Source: Bdellovibrio sp.
Lineage (GTDB): Bacteria; Bdellovibrionota; Bdellovibrionia; Bdellovibrionales; Bdellovibrionaceae
DNA length: 64,000 nt
Assembly: GCA_036677065.1 (NCBI GenBank)
Contig: JAKFBS010000001.1
Location: 320,001 to 384,000, forward strand
Direction of reading: 5' to 3'
The notes under the pieces are model-generated. The model saw nothing but the letters and a program-made list of their open reading frames with translations. It was not told the DNA's origin and did no database searches. Shown here piece by piece: positions 16,576 through 26,921 of the stretch; position 1 is the stretch's first letter; each line of letters opens with the position of its first letter. The translations under genes were made by a program, and so were the position numbers.

Positions 16576-17898
16576 ATGGAGAACTCTATGCCTAACTCGA
16601 AAGATTTAAAAGATATACTCAGCAAACTAATGATGAGTGAATTATCGCCAGACTCCGGTGAATGGTTAGCTTTAAAAAAAGAGCTGTCTGATAAATGCGA
16701 AAGACATATTGAAAATTATGAACTGTTACAAAAAACTCTTGAACTTGGTTATCAAGAGATGCAAAAAATGTTAGAGCTATTTGAACAGCGTGATTTACTG
16801 AAACAATCGATTTTTGACGCTTCTCAAGACATCATTCTTACCCTAGATGACAGCGGTCAAGTTATCGAATTCAATCGTGCTACCGAAACTTTGCTAAAAT
16901 TAGACGTTCAATCGATTATGGGTCAGAAACTAATATCTCTGCTTCCAGATTGCCCATTCAAACAAGATCTTAACAATTTATTTTCACAATCTGCGGCGTT
17001 TGATGCAAATTCATTATTAGAAAAATCCTATGAAAGTACTCTTTTTGATAGTGCAGGTAACACACTCATCGTTCTCGTTTCAATGAGTCGTATTGAAAAT
17101 CATGAAAGTGTTGTCTATCCAGTTTATATCAAAGACCTAACTGGCGAAAAAGCAGCGGCGCAGGAACTCGAGGAAAGTCGAGCTCAGCTTATGTCGACAT
17201 CAAAAATGTCAGCCTTAGGCGAAATGGCAGGAGGAGTAGCTCACGAAATTAATACTCCCTTAGCTGTAATTCAAATGAGGTCAGAACAGTTATTTGAAGA
17301 TGTAACTGATGGTTCTGCTGACAAAGAATCAATTTTAGATGCAGTTAGGGTCATTGATATCACGGTTAAAAGAATTGCAAAAATTATTTCTGGTCTTAGA
17401 TCTTTTTCAAGAGATGGAAGAAAAGATCCAATGGTCAGTTGTTCAGTTTATCAAATCGTCGAGGATACTTTTAGTCTTTGTAGAGAAAAGTTTTTGTCAA
17501 ATGGGGTAGAGCTTGAATTCATCAAAAGTGCTGATGCTGAAATTGAATGTCGCCCAAGTGAAATAGCCCAAGTATTATTAAACATGCTCAATAATGCTTT
17601 TGATGCTATTCAGCCATTATCAAATAAGTGGGTAAGAGTCGAACTTGAACAAAATCAAAACTTACTTTCTTTGAAAGTGACTGATAGTGGAAAAGGTATT
17701 CCGACCGATATCCAAAAAAAGATGATGCAGCCCTTTTTCACGACTAAAGAAATTGGCAAAGGCACAGGCCTGGGCTTGAGCATATCAAAGGGATTGATCG
17801 AAAGCCATGGCGGTTCTATTTTTATAGACAACTCGTCATCTAACACCTGCTTAGTTATCTCGTTACCAAGAAAAGGTATGGCTTCACTGGCCGCGTAG
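16576..17898 (+). CDS. cytoplasmic PAS sensor histidine kinase
   Basis: PAS (IIL.LD..G..IEFN..E), H-box AHEINTPL, N-box NAFDA, DSGKGI, PFFTTK..GTGLGL; no TM. Confidence 0.95.
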   Translation: MENSMPNSKDLKDILSKLMMSELSPDSGEWLALKKELSDKCERHIENYELLQKTLELGYQEMQKMLELFEQRDLLKQSIFDASQDIILTLDDSGQVIEFNRATETLLKLDVQSIMGQKLISLLPDCPFKQDLNNLFSQSAAFDANSLLEKSYESTLFDSAGNTLIVLVSMSRIENHESVVYPVYIKDLTGEKAAAQELEESRAQLMSTSKMSALGEMAGGVAHEINTPLAVIQMRSEQLFEDVTDGSADKESILDAVRVIDITVKRIAKIISGLRSFSRDGRKDPMVSCSVYQIVEDTFSLCREKFLSNGVELEFIKSADAEIECRPSEIAQVLLNMLNNAFDAIQPLSNKWVRVELEQNQNLLSLKVTDSGKGIPTDIQKKMMQPFFTTKEIGKGTGLGLSISKGLIESHGGSIFIDNSSSNTCLVISLPRKGMASLAA

Positions 17899-18951
17899 GG
17901 CTTCCAAGGCGAGTGCGCCTGAACCCCGAAAGACTGATGTCACCTGGCGACGAGTCAGGCTATTGTGGTAAGCGGGGTCATAATAATAAACCAAAATTTT
18001 TTCGATCCACTGAAGATTACGGGTAAGACCACCGGTAGCGCAGTAATCGGTCTTGCAATGTTCAATGAGTTCAAGGATTTCTTTACTGCGCAGGCCACCT
18101 AATTTAGGTGTAATGGAAAGAACTGCTTTTTTGTATTGATCAAACATTGAAGTGGAAGCAGCTTTTAGAATGTAATCTTCAAAAATATTTTCGACTCGCT
18201 TTTCAAGTGGCTCTTCAAGCCAAATCACTTCCGCAGAACGCAGGGCTGTAAATAAAACTGGTGGCAATGCACATCTGCCGACCAGACGACTTTCGTCTTC
18301 GATCAAAACTGTTTGTTTGGGGCTTGCTGCGATTTTTAAACATTCTGTGCTCAGTAAAATTTCAAATTGAGCTTGCGAAGGTTGCGGTTCCGGAAGTGCG
18401 CCAAAGGCTGATCCGCGGTGATTTGCTAAATCTTCTAGGTCAATGATCGCTTGTTGCTTTAGCGTGCGAGCATTTTGTAAAAATCGTGTTTTTCCACAAC
18501 CGGTCATGCCCGAGACCGTAAGAAAATGAGTGTCGTGACAAAATTTTTGCAGCTCTACATCTAAGTGTCGGCGCGCACCTTTGTATCCTGATTGTAAGAT
18601 GGGGCGTTCGATGCCCAGTTCTTGTAACCACTTTTGTGTTATTTGCGAACGTTGGCCACCACGAAAACAGTAAATCACCGTACTAGGATTGCGCTGAATA
18701 AATTCAATCCACGCAGCCATGCGCTTAGCTTTTACTTCACCAGAAATCAATTGATGCCCTAAGGCCATAGCGGCTTCACGGCCCTCGCGTTTGTAAACAG
18801 TTCCGACTTCGCTGCGTTCGTGATTATTCAAAATTGGTAAATTCACCGCGCCAGGCAGATGACCGTGTTCAAATTCGACTTCGGCACGAACATCAATAAA
18901 CGGAGTGTTTGTAATTAACAGGTCATTCAAAAAGTCTTCGCCAATTTTCAT
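17884..18951 (-). CDS. mnmH: tRNA 2-selenouridine synthase
   Basis: rhodanese DVRAEVEF..GH, YCFRGGQRS, P-loop GMTGCGKT, ANHRGSAFG, EDESR. Confidence 0.95.
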   Translation of the reverse strand: MKIGEDFLNDLLITNTPFIDVRAEVEFEHGHLPGAVNLPILNNHERSEVGTVYKREGREAAMALGHQLISGEVKAKRMAAWIEFIQRNPSTVIYCFRGGQRSQITQKWLQELGIERPILQSGYKGARRHLDVELQKFCHDTHFLTVSGMTGCGKTRFLQNARTLKQQAIIDLEDLANHRGSAFGALPEPQPSQAQFEILLSTECLKIAASPKQTVLIEDESRLVGRCALPPVLFTALRSAEVIWLEEPLEKRVENIFEDYILKAASTSMFDQYKKAVLSITPKLGGLRSKEILELIEHCKTDYCATGGLTRNLQWIEKILVYYYDPAYHNSLTRRQVTSVFRGSGALALEALRGQ

Positions 18952-20001
18952 TTACTTGAAAGTGACAGTCGCTGTTTGCCGACTTATCACTTCTCCGATG
19001 CGAGCAGCCTGAGGAAAAGACTTTTTTAGAGCTGATAAGATGGCATCACTGGCTTCAGGGGCAATCGAAAGCAGTAGTCCGCCGCTGGTCTGAGGATCAT
19101 GCAACAGTTGAGTTTGAATTTCATTAAGGCGAGAAACATTCAACGAAGCTGAAGTGTATTCTGCATTCGTGCGATGGGCTTTTGTTAAAAAACCGCGTTC
19201 TAAACAATGCAAAGCTTTTGAAAAAATGGGGAGCTGGCCGAATTCGATCTCTAAGCTGACCTGGCTGGCGTTGGCTAACTGCATGCTGTGCCCAGAAATT
19301 CCAAATCCTGTGATATCAGTGGCTGCGTGAATATTTAAGGCTTGATCGGTGCTGAGTTCATCAATCACGTTGTTCAATGTCGACATGCTGGTCACTGCAT
19401 CAGCGATATCTGACTCGGTCAGTTCGCGGCGCTTCAATCCTGCCGTCATGGTGCCTGTGCCCAGGGGTTTTGTTAAAATTAAATGATCACCGGGTTTTGC
19501 ACCGGCATTTGTCCAGATACGTTTCGGGTGCACGTATCCCGTTACAGAAAGACCAAATTTCAAACTGTCATCATCAATAGAATGCCCACCCACGAAGTTA
19601 GCGCCAGCCTGTGCTATTTTATCACTTGCTCCTTGCATGACATCGACAATCACAGATTCACTCATGCTCATTAGCGGAAAAGCTAAAATTCCCATAGCTG
19701 TTTTTGGTTTTCCGCCCATGGCGTAAATATCACTTAAGGCATTGGCTGCGGCCACGGCACCAAAAAGTTTTGGTGTATCAAGAATTGGTGTGAAAAAATC
19801 TAACGTTTGCACTAAAGCCACCTCATCAGTGACTTGATAAATAGCCGCATCATCAAAAAGACGTCCATCGACTAAAAGTTCGGGATGTGGTTGCGGAAAC
19901 CGAACTTGGTTCAGAATTTTACGCAGCTCTTGCGCTGCGATTTTGGCGGCGCAACCACCTTTTTGTACTGTCTGCGTAAGAGGAACAAATTCTTTTATCA
20001 T
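18952..20001 (-). CDS. selD: selenophosphate synthetase (selenide, water dikinase)
   Basis: GGCAAK, DDAA, DFFTP, ANALSDIYAMGG, TDITGFG, DPQTSGGLL. Confidence 0.97.
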   Translation of the reverse strand: MIKEFVPLTQTVQKGGCAAKIAAQELRKILNQVRFPQPHPELLVDGRLFDDAAIYQVTDEVALVQTLDFFTPILDTPKLFGAVAAANALSDIYAMGGKPKTAMGILAFPLMSMSESVIVDVMQGASDKIAQAGANFVGGHSIDDDSLKFGLSVTGYVHPKRIWTNAGAKPGDHLILTKPLGTGTMTAGLKRRELTESDIADAVTSMSTLNNVIDELSTDQALNIHAATDITGFGISGHSMQLANASQVSLEIEFGQLPIFSKALHCLERGFLTKAHRTNAEYTSASLNVSRLNEIQTQLLHDPQTSGGLLLSIAPEASDAILSALKKSFPQAARIGEVISRQTATVTFK

Positions 20002-20056
20002 GTTTGAGATATAGCCGAAAAGACAGAGCCAAGCAAAACAAATGCTTTACTATTAT

Positions 20057-20443
20057 TTAAAGGCTTTGAAATACATGAATTTGTCTAAAGAAGGCACGGC
20101 CGCGATCAAGCATCTGAGCTTCAGTCAAAAATGGAATTTTTTGTACTGATAAAACTTTATGGCTTAATTTTGGATGGTGTTTTTTTAGATGATTCATAAA
20201 GTGGTCAGGTCCAGGCCCTGATCCTAAGATAAGCCACTCTTGAGCAGAAACTTTTTCAAGTTTATGGCAAACCGAGTGATAAAGTTTTTCTTCATCAGTT
20301 TCGTGAATGGGATGGTTTTTGGCCGCTGTTTCAACTGGGTGTTTTGGGCCTTTTAGAAATATTTTTTGTGTTGTTAGCCCATTAGGATCCAAATGATATA
20401 AACGCGCTTCTTGTGTGTTAATGAATAATATAAGTGAAGACAT
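20057..20443 (-). CDS. eRF1-domain-2-like / host-attachment-type small protein
   Basis: LFIN..EARL...LYH.V...L....LILGSG....F..HL...HP. Confidence 0.55.
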   Translation of the reverse strand: MSSLILFINTQEARLYHLDPNGLTTQKIFLKGPKHPVETAAKNHPIHETDEEKLYHSVCHKLEKVSAQEWLILGSGPGPDHFMNHLKKHHPKLSHKVLSVQKIPFLTEAQMLDRGRAFFRQIHVFQSL

Positions 20444-20672
20444 GATTTACTCTCTCTTTCTTTTTCTTAATTGTTTAATATAGAAAGGCAAGACTGTGGC
20501 CAATGTTGTGCCGTTGACGAAAAAGAGAGTAATTGCCAAAAAAAAACAATAAGTTAGAGCTTGTTGAGCTTTTACCGCCAGAGTCAGTTTCTGACAGCCT
20601 GTCATGTTTGAAGAATATATCGGCAGCCAATTTGTCACATCTTGAGCGTAATCAGTAAGTAAGTTATATTAA

Positions 20673-21059
20673 ATGTATATGGCAGTTATTAGAAATCGAA
20701 CCCTTAGAGCATTCATTTTTGTAAGTGGATGCAGCTCTGTGATATTGGGTATAATAGGAATATTTCTTCCGCTGCTTCCGACAACTCCATTTGTTCTTTT
20801 AGCGGCATGGTGTTTTCTTAGAAGTTCTGATAGTGCTCACAAATGGATTTATCGCCAACCAGTCTTAGGCAAGGCCTTGAAAAATTGGGAAAAAAACCGA
20901 AGTATTTCCAGAGCAACTAAGAAAGTTGCAATTGCTACAATTTTAATTTCAGCAGTTTTAATCTGGTTTAATGTAGCTAACTTTTGGATTAATATTCCAG
21001 TAACGCTTCTTCTGCTCGGCGTTTCTATTTTTATTTTTATTCAAAAAGAAAATTTTTAG
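20673..21059 (+). CDS. YbaN/DUF454-family membrane protein
   Basis: LGIIGIFLPLLPTTPFVLLAAWCF.RSS. Confidence 0.9.
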   Translation: MYMAVIRNRTLRAFIFVSGCSSVILGIIGIFLPLLPTTPFVLLAAWCFLRSSDSAHKWIYRQPVLGKALKNWEKNRSISRATKKVAIATILISAVLIWFNVANFWINIPVTLLLLGVSIFIFIQKENF

Positions 21060-21062
21060 GCC

Positions 21063-21500
21063 TCAGTCAAATTTGCGCATAATCTCGGTAAGCTGTTTAG
21101 CCTCTTGCGCCGTTAAAAAACGCCCGAAATATTCTTCGATAGCGGCTTCGTAATGCGGCCAGGTATCAGCAAGAGCCTTAAGGCCTTTCGGTGTAATTGC
21201 AGCAAACTGGCTTCGCCCATCATCTGGCGATTTTTCTTTAATTAAAAATCCGAGCTTTTCAAGTTTTTCGACAGAGCGACTTAGAGCGCTCTTTGATGTC
21301 ACGATTTCTTCGGCCACATCAATTAAACGCAGCTTTTTATCAGAAGAGTTTTTCAATGCAAGCAGAACGTCATAGTGGTGAAGCGGTAATAAGGCTTTAT
21401 TGCTTTCAAGGGCACGCTCGATTCGCCCAAATATTTTTGAGTGACGGGTAATCAGATACGCCCAGGCTTTATGTTGGGCTGGTCCCAGTTTTTTTCTCAT
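21063..21500 (-). CDS. MarR-family regulator
   Basis: YDVL..L...LRL..VA....SKSALSR.V..LE..G.....DGR......T.KG; likely start ATG 21500. Confidence 0.9.
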   Translation of the reverse strand: MRKKLGPAQHKAWAYLITRHSKIFGRIERALESNKALLPLHHYDVLLALKNSSDKKLRLIDVAEEIVTSKSALSRSVEKLEKLGFLIKEKSPDDGRSQFAAITPKGLKALADTWPHYEAAIEEYFGRFLTAQEAKQLTEIMRKFD

Positions 21501-21520
21501 AAAAATACAGTAGCTGAATT

Positions 21521-21576
21521 TAGTTGCACGAGCAACTATTATCTGGCAACTTATAAATAGTTGCATGTGCAACTAT
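21521..21576. promoter_or_regulatory. two MarR operator palindromes
   Basis: TAGTTGC-N4-GCAACTA at 21521-21538 and ATAGTTGCATGTGCAACTAT at 21557-21576, between marR and doxX. Confidence 0.8.
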
Positions 21577-21592
21577 ATTTAGGAGAAACAAT

Positions 21593-22054
21593 ATGAAAGC
21601 TGCTATTTTAAGAGTATTCAAAACCGAGAACGACTTCGCGCTGACTGTTCTGCGCTTGAGTTTGGGCATTATGATTTTGCCTCATGGTTTGCAAAAAACG
21701 TTTGGGCTATTTGGTGGTTTTGGATTTTCAGGCACGATGGGATTTTTCACTGAAACAATGGGCATTCCATGGATCTTTGCCGCTGCAGCGATTTTGGCCG
21801 AGTCATTAGGAGGTGTCGCGCTTATACTTGGCATAGGCACAAGGTGGGCAGCATTTGCAGTAGGCGTGACGATGTTAGTCGCAGCCCTTACTTCGCATGC
21901 GCAACATGGCTTTTTTATGAACTGGTTCGGTCATCAAAAAGGCGAAGGTGTAGAGTTTTTTATTCTTGCAGTTGGCATTGCCGTCGCGCTGATCCTTCGT
22001 GGCGGTGGTGCACTTTCTGTCGATAAGTTTCTGAGTCAGCCGAACAGAAAATAG
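21593..22054 (+). CDS. DoxX-family membrane protein
   Basis: LRL.LG....HG.QK.FG.FGG, E..GG..L.LG..TR, G.G.LSVD. Confidence 0.9.
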   Translation: MKAAILRVFKTENDFALTVLRLSLGIMILPHGLQKTFGLFGGFGFSGTMGFFTETMGIPWIFAAAAILAESLGGVALILGIGTRWAAFAVGVTMLVAALTSHAQHGFFMNWFGHQKGEGVEFFILAVGIAVALILRGGGALSVDKFLSQPNRK

Positions 22055-22170
22055 CATTGGAAAAAAATGAATTTTTGTTCGCTTTTTAACAGAGTAAAAA
22101 AACTGGGAATCATCCTTGCATATTTATGTGGTCGTCAGTAATTATGTGCCACATATTTTAAGGAGCTCCC

Positions 22171-22617
22171 ATGAAAAAATTTTTTACAATGTTTTGTCTT
22201 TCAATAATTTCTTTTACTTCGGCTTATGCAGAAGAGGGTTATCCAATGACTTGTGTCTTCGATGGCACTCAATCAGTGAGCATCAGACCAAGCACAACTG
22301 TTGCGAGAAAATTGCTTGTCAGTTTTGGTTTTAAACGAGCTACTAAGCCGGCCACTCAAGGCGTAGATCCTGGCACATGCGCTTGGAATGATCGCGCTGT
22401 TTACCAAGATGAACCTGCTATCATGTCACAAGTGGTAGAAGATGTTTATTCTTATCGCGAAGTTACATTTGCCGGTAAATCTCAGTTAGTACTTGTTCCG
22501 GGTAATGCTTTCTGGGCGCCACAGATGATGACTCGTGGATACACGTTAAAAGTTAAAGTGTATAACTCGGCACCTGATCACGGTAACGCGACGAATTTCT
22601 TCAAGATCATCAATTAA
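22171..22617 (+). CDS. secreted hypothetical protein
   Basis: signal peptide ending SAYA; AGGAG RBS. Confidence 0.75.
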   Translation: MKKFFTMFCLSIISFTSAYAEEGYPMTCVFDGTQSVSIRPSTTVARKLLVSFGFKRATKPATQGVDPGTCAWNDRAVYQDEPAIMSQVVEDVYSYREVTFAGKSQLVLVPGNAFWAPQMMTRGYTLKVKVYNSAPDHGNATNFFKIIN

Positions 22618-23054
22618 GAAACTTGCGTGTCTTTGGGAAAAGGTTTTCCTGCAGAATTTTCCAGTAAGTCTTTAAGGCTTACCATAAAAACTCCCCACTT
22701 CGTAGAGCAGTGGGCGAGGGCGCCAGTTTTAGTTTTCCAACCAGAGTGTGTGAAATTGACAAAAGTTTTTCCGCGTTTTGTAGAAAGCTGAAAGCGAACT
22801 TCTTTGTCGCCCCATTCTTTGCCGTCGCCGCCGATGACTTTCCAGCGCACTAACTTATTTTTTTCAAGTTTAGTTACTTTAAAAGGTTTTACATGAGAGT
22901 TAAACCAGAACTCAAGTGTTCCGCCAAGTTTTGCACTTCCGCGTGTGTCTGAGGTCCACCACTTCGCCAGTTGGTCGATGTTGGTTAATGCTTTGTAAAC
23001 TGCTGCGGGTTTCGCGTGGATTCCGACTTCGTGATAAATTTCGTAATTTTTCAT
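22614..23054 (-). CDS. SRPBCC/Aha1-domain protein
   Basis: VY.ALT....L.KWW, F.H.GW, CSTKW..F..SLK. Confidence 0.85.
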   Translation of the reverse strand: MKNYEIYHEVGIHAKPAAVYKALTNIDQLAKWWTSDTRGSAKLGGTLEFWFNSHVKPFKVTKLEKNKLVRWKVIGGDGKEWGDKEVRFQLSTKRGKTFVNFTHSGWKTKTGALAHCSTKWGVFMVSLKDLLENSAGKPFPKDTQVS

Positions 23055-23063
23055 TTATATTCC

Positions 23064-24221
23064 TTATGCAAAAGTGGCTTTGATTTTTTCAAGCCCTTCA
23101 ATGAGTAATGTTCTGGGGCATCCGATATTAATGCGGATAAAACCTTCACCGTCTTCGCCGTACATCGTACCATGAGTGATCCAAAGATTTTCTTTTTCTA
23201 GCAGTAGACGCGCAAATTCTGCCGAACTGAGCCCCGCTGCAGTTATATCGATCCACACAAGATAGGTGCCTTCAAGTGGTAGAACTTTGAATTTTAAAAG
23301 ATTTTTTTCAAAGAAGTTTTTCAGGTAATTATAGTTTTCGAAAAGATACTCATTAAGAGCATCAAGCCAGTCTTCACTTTCGTTGTAAGCTGCCATTAAG
23401 CCTTCGACCGCAAATGGATTTAATTCGTAAAGCTCGCTGACCTTTAGCGCTGTTTCAATTTTATGTCTGAGTTCCGCTTTTGCACTAACGATGTTAGCCA
23501 CTTGCAAACCGGCCAAATTAAAACTTTTACTTGGTGAAATGCAGGTCACTGAATTTTCAAGAAAAGTTTGATTGATTGAAGCAAACGAAATGTGTTTGTG
23601 GCCAGCATGAATTAAATCGCAATGTATTTCGTCAGAGATTACAGTCACACCATGTTTTAAACATATTTCGCCAATACGAATAAGTTCTTCTTTGTTGAAG
23701 ACGCGTCCAGAGGGATTATGCGGATTACAAAGCAGAAGCACTTTAGTTAAGGGATGCGCTGCCTTTTTTTCAAGATCATCAAAGTCGATACTGTACTTGC
23801 CATCACGATAAAGCAGTTCGTTTTTTAGTACTTTACATTTGGCATTGGTGATAACAGAAAAAAAACGATTATAGACGGGCGTCTGAATAATGACCTGATC
23901 TCCGGTTTCAGTTAAAGACTTAATGACAGCCGATATCGCAGGAACAACTCCTGCAGCAACTAACAACCACTCTTTTTCAATATGAAATTGGTGACGTCTT
24001 TTAAACCAACTAATGATCGCATCGAAATACTGCGGTGGAACCTTCGTGTAACCAAAGATGCCGTGTTGCACTCGTTTTGCCAAAGCATCGGTGATGGGAG
24101 GAGCTGCGCGAAAATCCATATCAGCAACCCACATCGGCAGAATATTTTCGTTCGTATTATAATCCCATTTATACGAATGGGTGCCTTTTCTAGGAACGAT
24201 TTCATTAAAGTCATATTTCAT
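23064..24221 (-). CDS. PatB/MalY-family PLP-dependent C-S lyase
   Basis: PMWVADMDF, CNPHNP.GRV, SDEIH, SPSKSFN. Confidence 0.93.
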   Translation of the reverse strand: MKYDFNEIVPRKGTHSYKWDYNTNENILPMWVADMDFRAAPPITDALAKRVQHGIFGYTKVPPQYFDAIISWFKRRHQFHIEKEWLLVAAGVVPAISAVIKSLTETGDQVIIQTPVYNRFFSVITNAKCKVLKNELLYRDGKYSIDFDDLEKKAAHPLTKVLLLCNPHNPSGRVFNKEELIRIGEICLKHGVTVISDEIHCDLIHAGHKHISFASINQTFLENSVTCISPSKSFNLAGLQVANIVSAKAELRHKIETALKVSELYELNPFAVEGLMAAYNESEDWLDALNEYLFENYNYLKNFFEKNLLKFKVLPLEGTYLVWIDITAAGLSSAEFARLLLEKENLWITHGTMYGEDGEGFIRINIGCPRTLLIEGLEKIKATFA

Positions 24222-24223
24222 TT

Positions 24224-24958
24224 TTAACTCCGATTTTTAAGATCGCGAAGAAAGGTAAATCGCTCAAGATTATCAGCGAATAAAAAAGGATTCACTCTTT
24301 TTTCGATACCTAAATTCAATGGCACGCTTGGTAAATCTGCGGCCCGCTTTTGTTTGAGTATTTCTTCGTAGGCATCTAGCTCGCTTTTATTCTGGGTAAG
24401 ACCTTTGCAGAAACGTAAGTTCGCTTCGGTGTATTCATGAGTGCAATACACAAGTGTTTCATCCGGCAGACTTTTAATCCGTTGTAAAGATTCATAACCT
24501 TGTGAAAAACTGCCTTCAAATAGCCGCCCACAGCCAAGCCCGAAAAGCACATCGCCAGAAAAGAGCCATTTTTTTTGCGGTTCGAAAAAACCAATATGAC
24601 CCAGTGTATGCCCTGCAAGTTCAAGAGTTTGTAAATTTAAATCACCACTGAAAAGCTTGATGGATTGGCCCTCGGTAACAAAATCTGTCGCAAATGGAAT
24701 TTGCACTTTATTTTTCTTAGGCGCATAGACAGGAACATTCCAAATCTCTTTAAGCTTTAGCGCACCGCCGATATGATCGGGATGATGATGTGTTAAAAGA
24801 ATCGCCTCTAATGTTAAGCCCTGCTCTATTAAGTAATCCTGAACAGGGTCTGCACCGCCCGGATCAATAACCACGCAAGTTTTTGAATCAGCCCGCGCAA
24901 TCACGAAAACGTAATTGTCGGTAAAAATTGGGATTATTCGAACATCTAAAAAGCTCAT
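24224..24958 (-). CDS. gloB: hydroxyacylglutathione hydrolase (glyoxalase II)
   Basis: DNY, THHHPDHIGG, GHTLGH, GDVLF..GCGRLFEG, HEYT, NPFL. Confidence 0.93.
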   Translation of the reverse strand: MSFLDVRIIPIFTDNYVFVIARADSKTCVVIDPGGADPVQDYLIEQGLTLEAILLTHHHPDHIGGALKLKEIWNVPVYAPKKNKVQIPFATDFVTEGQSIKLFSGDLNLQTLELAGHTLGHIGFFEPQKKWLFSGDVLFGLGCGRLFEGSFSQGYESLQRIKSLPDETLVYCTHEYTEANLRFCKGLTQNKSELDAYEEILKQKRAADLPSVPLNLGIEKRVNPFLFADNLERFTFLRDLKNRS

Positions 24959-25053
24959 GCCTTGTCCTATTGGTTTAGACCAAGGGTAGCAGATAACTTT
25001 CTTGACGTCTTCTTCTATCAGGAGTGAGATCTTGGCATGTCACAGGAGATTTT

Positions 25054-25560
25054 ATGATTTACGAAATAACGGTTCCCCAGTTTACCAAAATGTTAAAAAA
25101 TTTAGATGCGATTTTAGAAAAAGCGATTCCGTTTGCTGAAGCTAAAAAAATCGAAATGGATGTGTTATTAAATTCACGCTTAGCGCCAGATCAATTTAAC
25201 TTGATTCGTCAGATTCAGATTGCCTGCGATACTGCAAAATTAGGTGTAGCCAAATTAACTGGCAAAGATGCGCCAGTGCATGATGATAAAGAAACAACCT
25301 TACCTCAAATCCGAACTCGTATTGCAGAGACGGTAACTTTTTTAAGTTCTGTTTCTGAAAAAGATTTCACCGGAGCTCTTGAGAGAAAAATAAATAATCC
25401 GCGTTGGGGTGAAAAATATTTATTAGGTCATGAGTATGTAACTCAGCATACGATTCCAAATATTTACTTTCATATCACTGTGGCTTACGAAATTTTACGT
25501 CATAATGGTGTTGAAATCGGTAAAAAAGATTATTTAGGGGCAATGCCTTATCATACTTAG
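25054..25560 (+). CDS. DUF1993-family protein
   Basis: RLAPDQF.L.RQIQIACD, PNIYFHIT.AY.ILRH.GV.IGK.DY. Confidence 0.9.
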   Translation: MIYEITVPQFTKMLKNLDAILEKAIPFAEAKKIEMDVLLNSRLAPDQFNLIRQIQIACDTAKLGVAKLTGKDAPVHDDKETTLPQIRTRIAETVTFLSSVSEKDFTGALERKINNPRWGEKYLLGHEYVTQHTIPNIYFHITVAYEILRHNGVEIGKKDYLGAMPYHT

Positions 25561-25608
25561 GCAAAAAGCCTCCTTCAATTGAAACGGGTACGGAAGGCAC
25601 GTTTACGG

Positions 25609-26769
25609 TTATCCAAACATATTTCCTTTTACTAAGTAAAAACCGTAACCAATAAGTGCCGCACTCAAAATAAGAATGGGCTCTTTTACCTTGAACTTAA
25701 AGAGTAATCCCAACGATGCAAGAGCTGCGAAGACTGCAAATGGGTCAAGAAGTGTTCTTTTACCAATTACAAAGCACGCTCCAGCAATGGCTCCAACTGC
25801 TGCCACTGTCACACCAGTAACAGCATCTTTAACAAATTTATTTCGAGCAATCTTGTAAAAAAAAGGAGCGCAGACAATTGTGATTAAGTAGCAAGGAAAA
25901 AAAGTAGCCAAGGCTGCTACAGATGCGCCAGACAAACCTGAAACTAAGTAGCCAATGAAGGCCGTTGTGATAACAACCGGCCCAGGCGTGATCATAGCGA
26001 CAGCAATAGCATCTAAAAATTGCCTTTCAGTAAGCCAACCGAAATCTTTAACTACTCCCGAATGAAGAAAAGGAACAATCGCAAGTCCACTACCAAAAAC
26101 AAAGGCTCCAGCCTTCGCAAAATAGATGGCTATTTTTGTTAATACTTCAGAATTAGCTTTTACCTCAGATGCAAAAAATAAAATGGGAAGAACGCTCAGA
26201 GACAAGAAATTACTTTTGATGCTGTATTTACGAATCAAAGCAAGAGCGAGACCAGAAATCACGAACAATAAAATACTCTCTTCTTCATAGAAGGCAGTAT
26301 AAATAGCAGAAAGCACCCATATAAGTATTGTGAAACGATCATCTTTTGAAGTTTTCTTGAAAAGTGAATAGGAGCTATTTACTATCACCGCAACGACGGC
26401 AGGGCCTGCGATATAAAAGACTGATTCAATCCAAGGGAGTGAGCCAAATTTAACGTATAAGTAACCAATAGCTAGACACATTAAAAATGAAGGTAAACAA
26501 AACAAGAAGCCTATCCAAGCGGCTCCCAGATTTCCATACTTAAGCCAACCTATGTAAATCGCCATTTGCGCAGCTAAAGGGCCAGGAGCTAATTGTGAAA
26601 GTGCGAACCCTTCAATATATTCTTCTTTTGTCAGCCATTTCTTTTCCTCGACCAAATCCTCTTCCATCCGTTGAGTCAGTGCCGCAGGCCCTCCAAATCC
26701 GGTTGTTCCTAAGTATAGAAAGTAATTTCCGAGGTTTTTTAAAGAAACGTCTAAATTTTCAATTTTCAT
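25609..26769 (-). CDS. chrA: chromate efflux transporter
   Basis: GFGGP..QLAPGP and FGSG..AMITPGP duplicated halves. Confidence 0.9.
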   Translation of the reverse strand: MKIENLDVSLKNLGNYFLYLGTTGFGGPAALTQRMEEDLVEEKKWLTKEEYIEGFALSQLAPGPLAAQMAIYIGWLKYGNLGAAWIGFLFCLPSFLMCLAIGYLYVKFGSLPWIESVFYIAGPAVVAVIVNSSYSLFKKTSKDDRFTILIWVLSAIYTAFYEEESILLFVISGLALALIRKYSIKSNFLSLSVLPILFFASEVKANSEVLTKIAIYFAKAGAFVFGSGLAIVPFLHSGVVKDFGWLTERQFLDAIAVAMITPGPVVITTAFIGYLVSGLSGASVAALATFFPCYLITIVCAPFFYKIARNKFVKDAVTGVTVAAVGAIAGACFVIGKRTLLDPFAVFAALASLGLLFKFKVKEPILILSAALIGYGFYLVKGNMFG

Positions 26770-26921
26770 TTAAAATTCTTTTGTTACAGTTGTAACAACT
26801 TTATGGCAAGTCGTAACAATAATCAACCAAGATGCCACAGACAAAAAAATCGACTGTGCGATCTTCTGCCAGATGCGAGTGAGCAATTTAATATTCACTC
26901 ACACGCAACTGTTTAAAAAAA

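Noticed and set aside
18952..20001. Selenocysteine recoding in selD
   Set aside because: The active-site residue is a Cys codon (GGCAAK); there is no in-frame TGA.
21501..21572. N-terminal extension of the MarR ORF
   Set aside because: It runs through the operator palindromes; ATG 21500 is the more plausible start.
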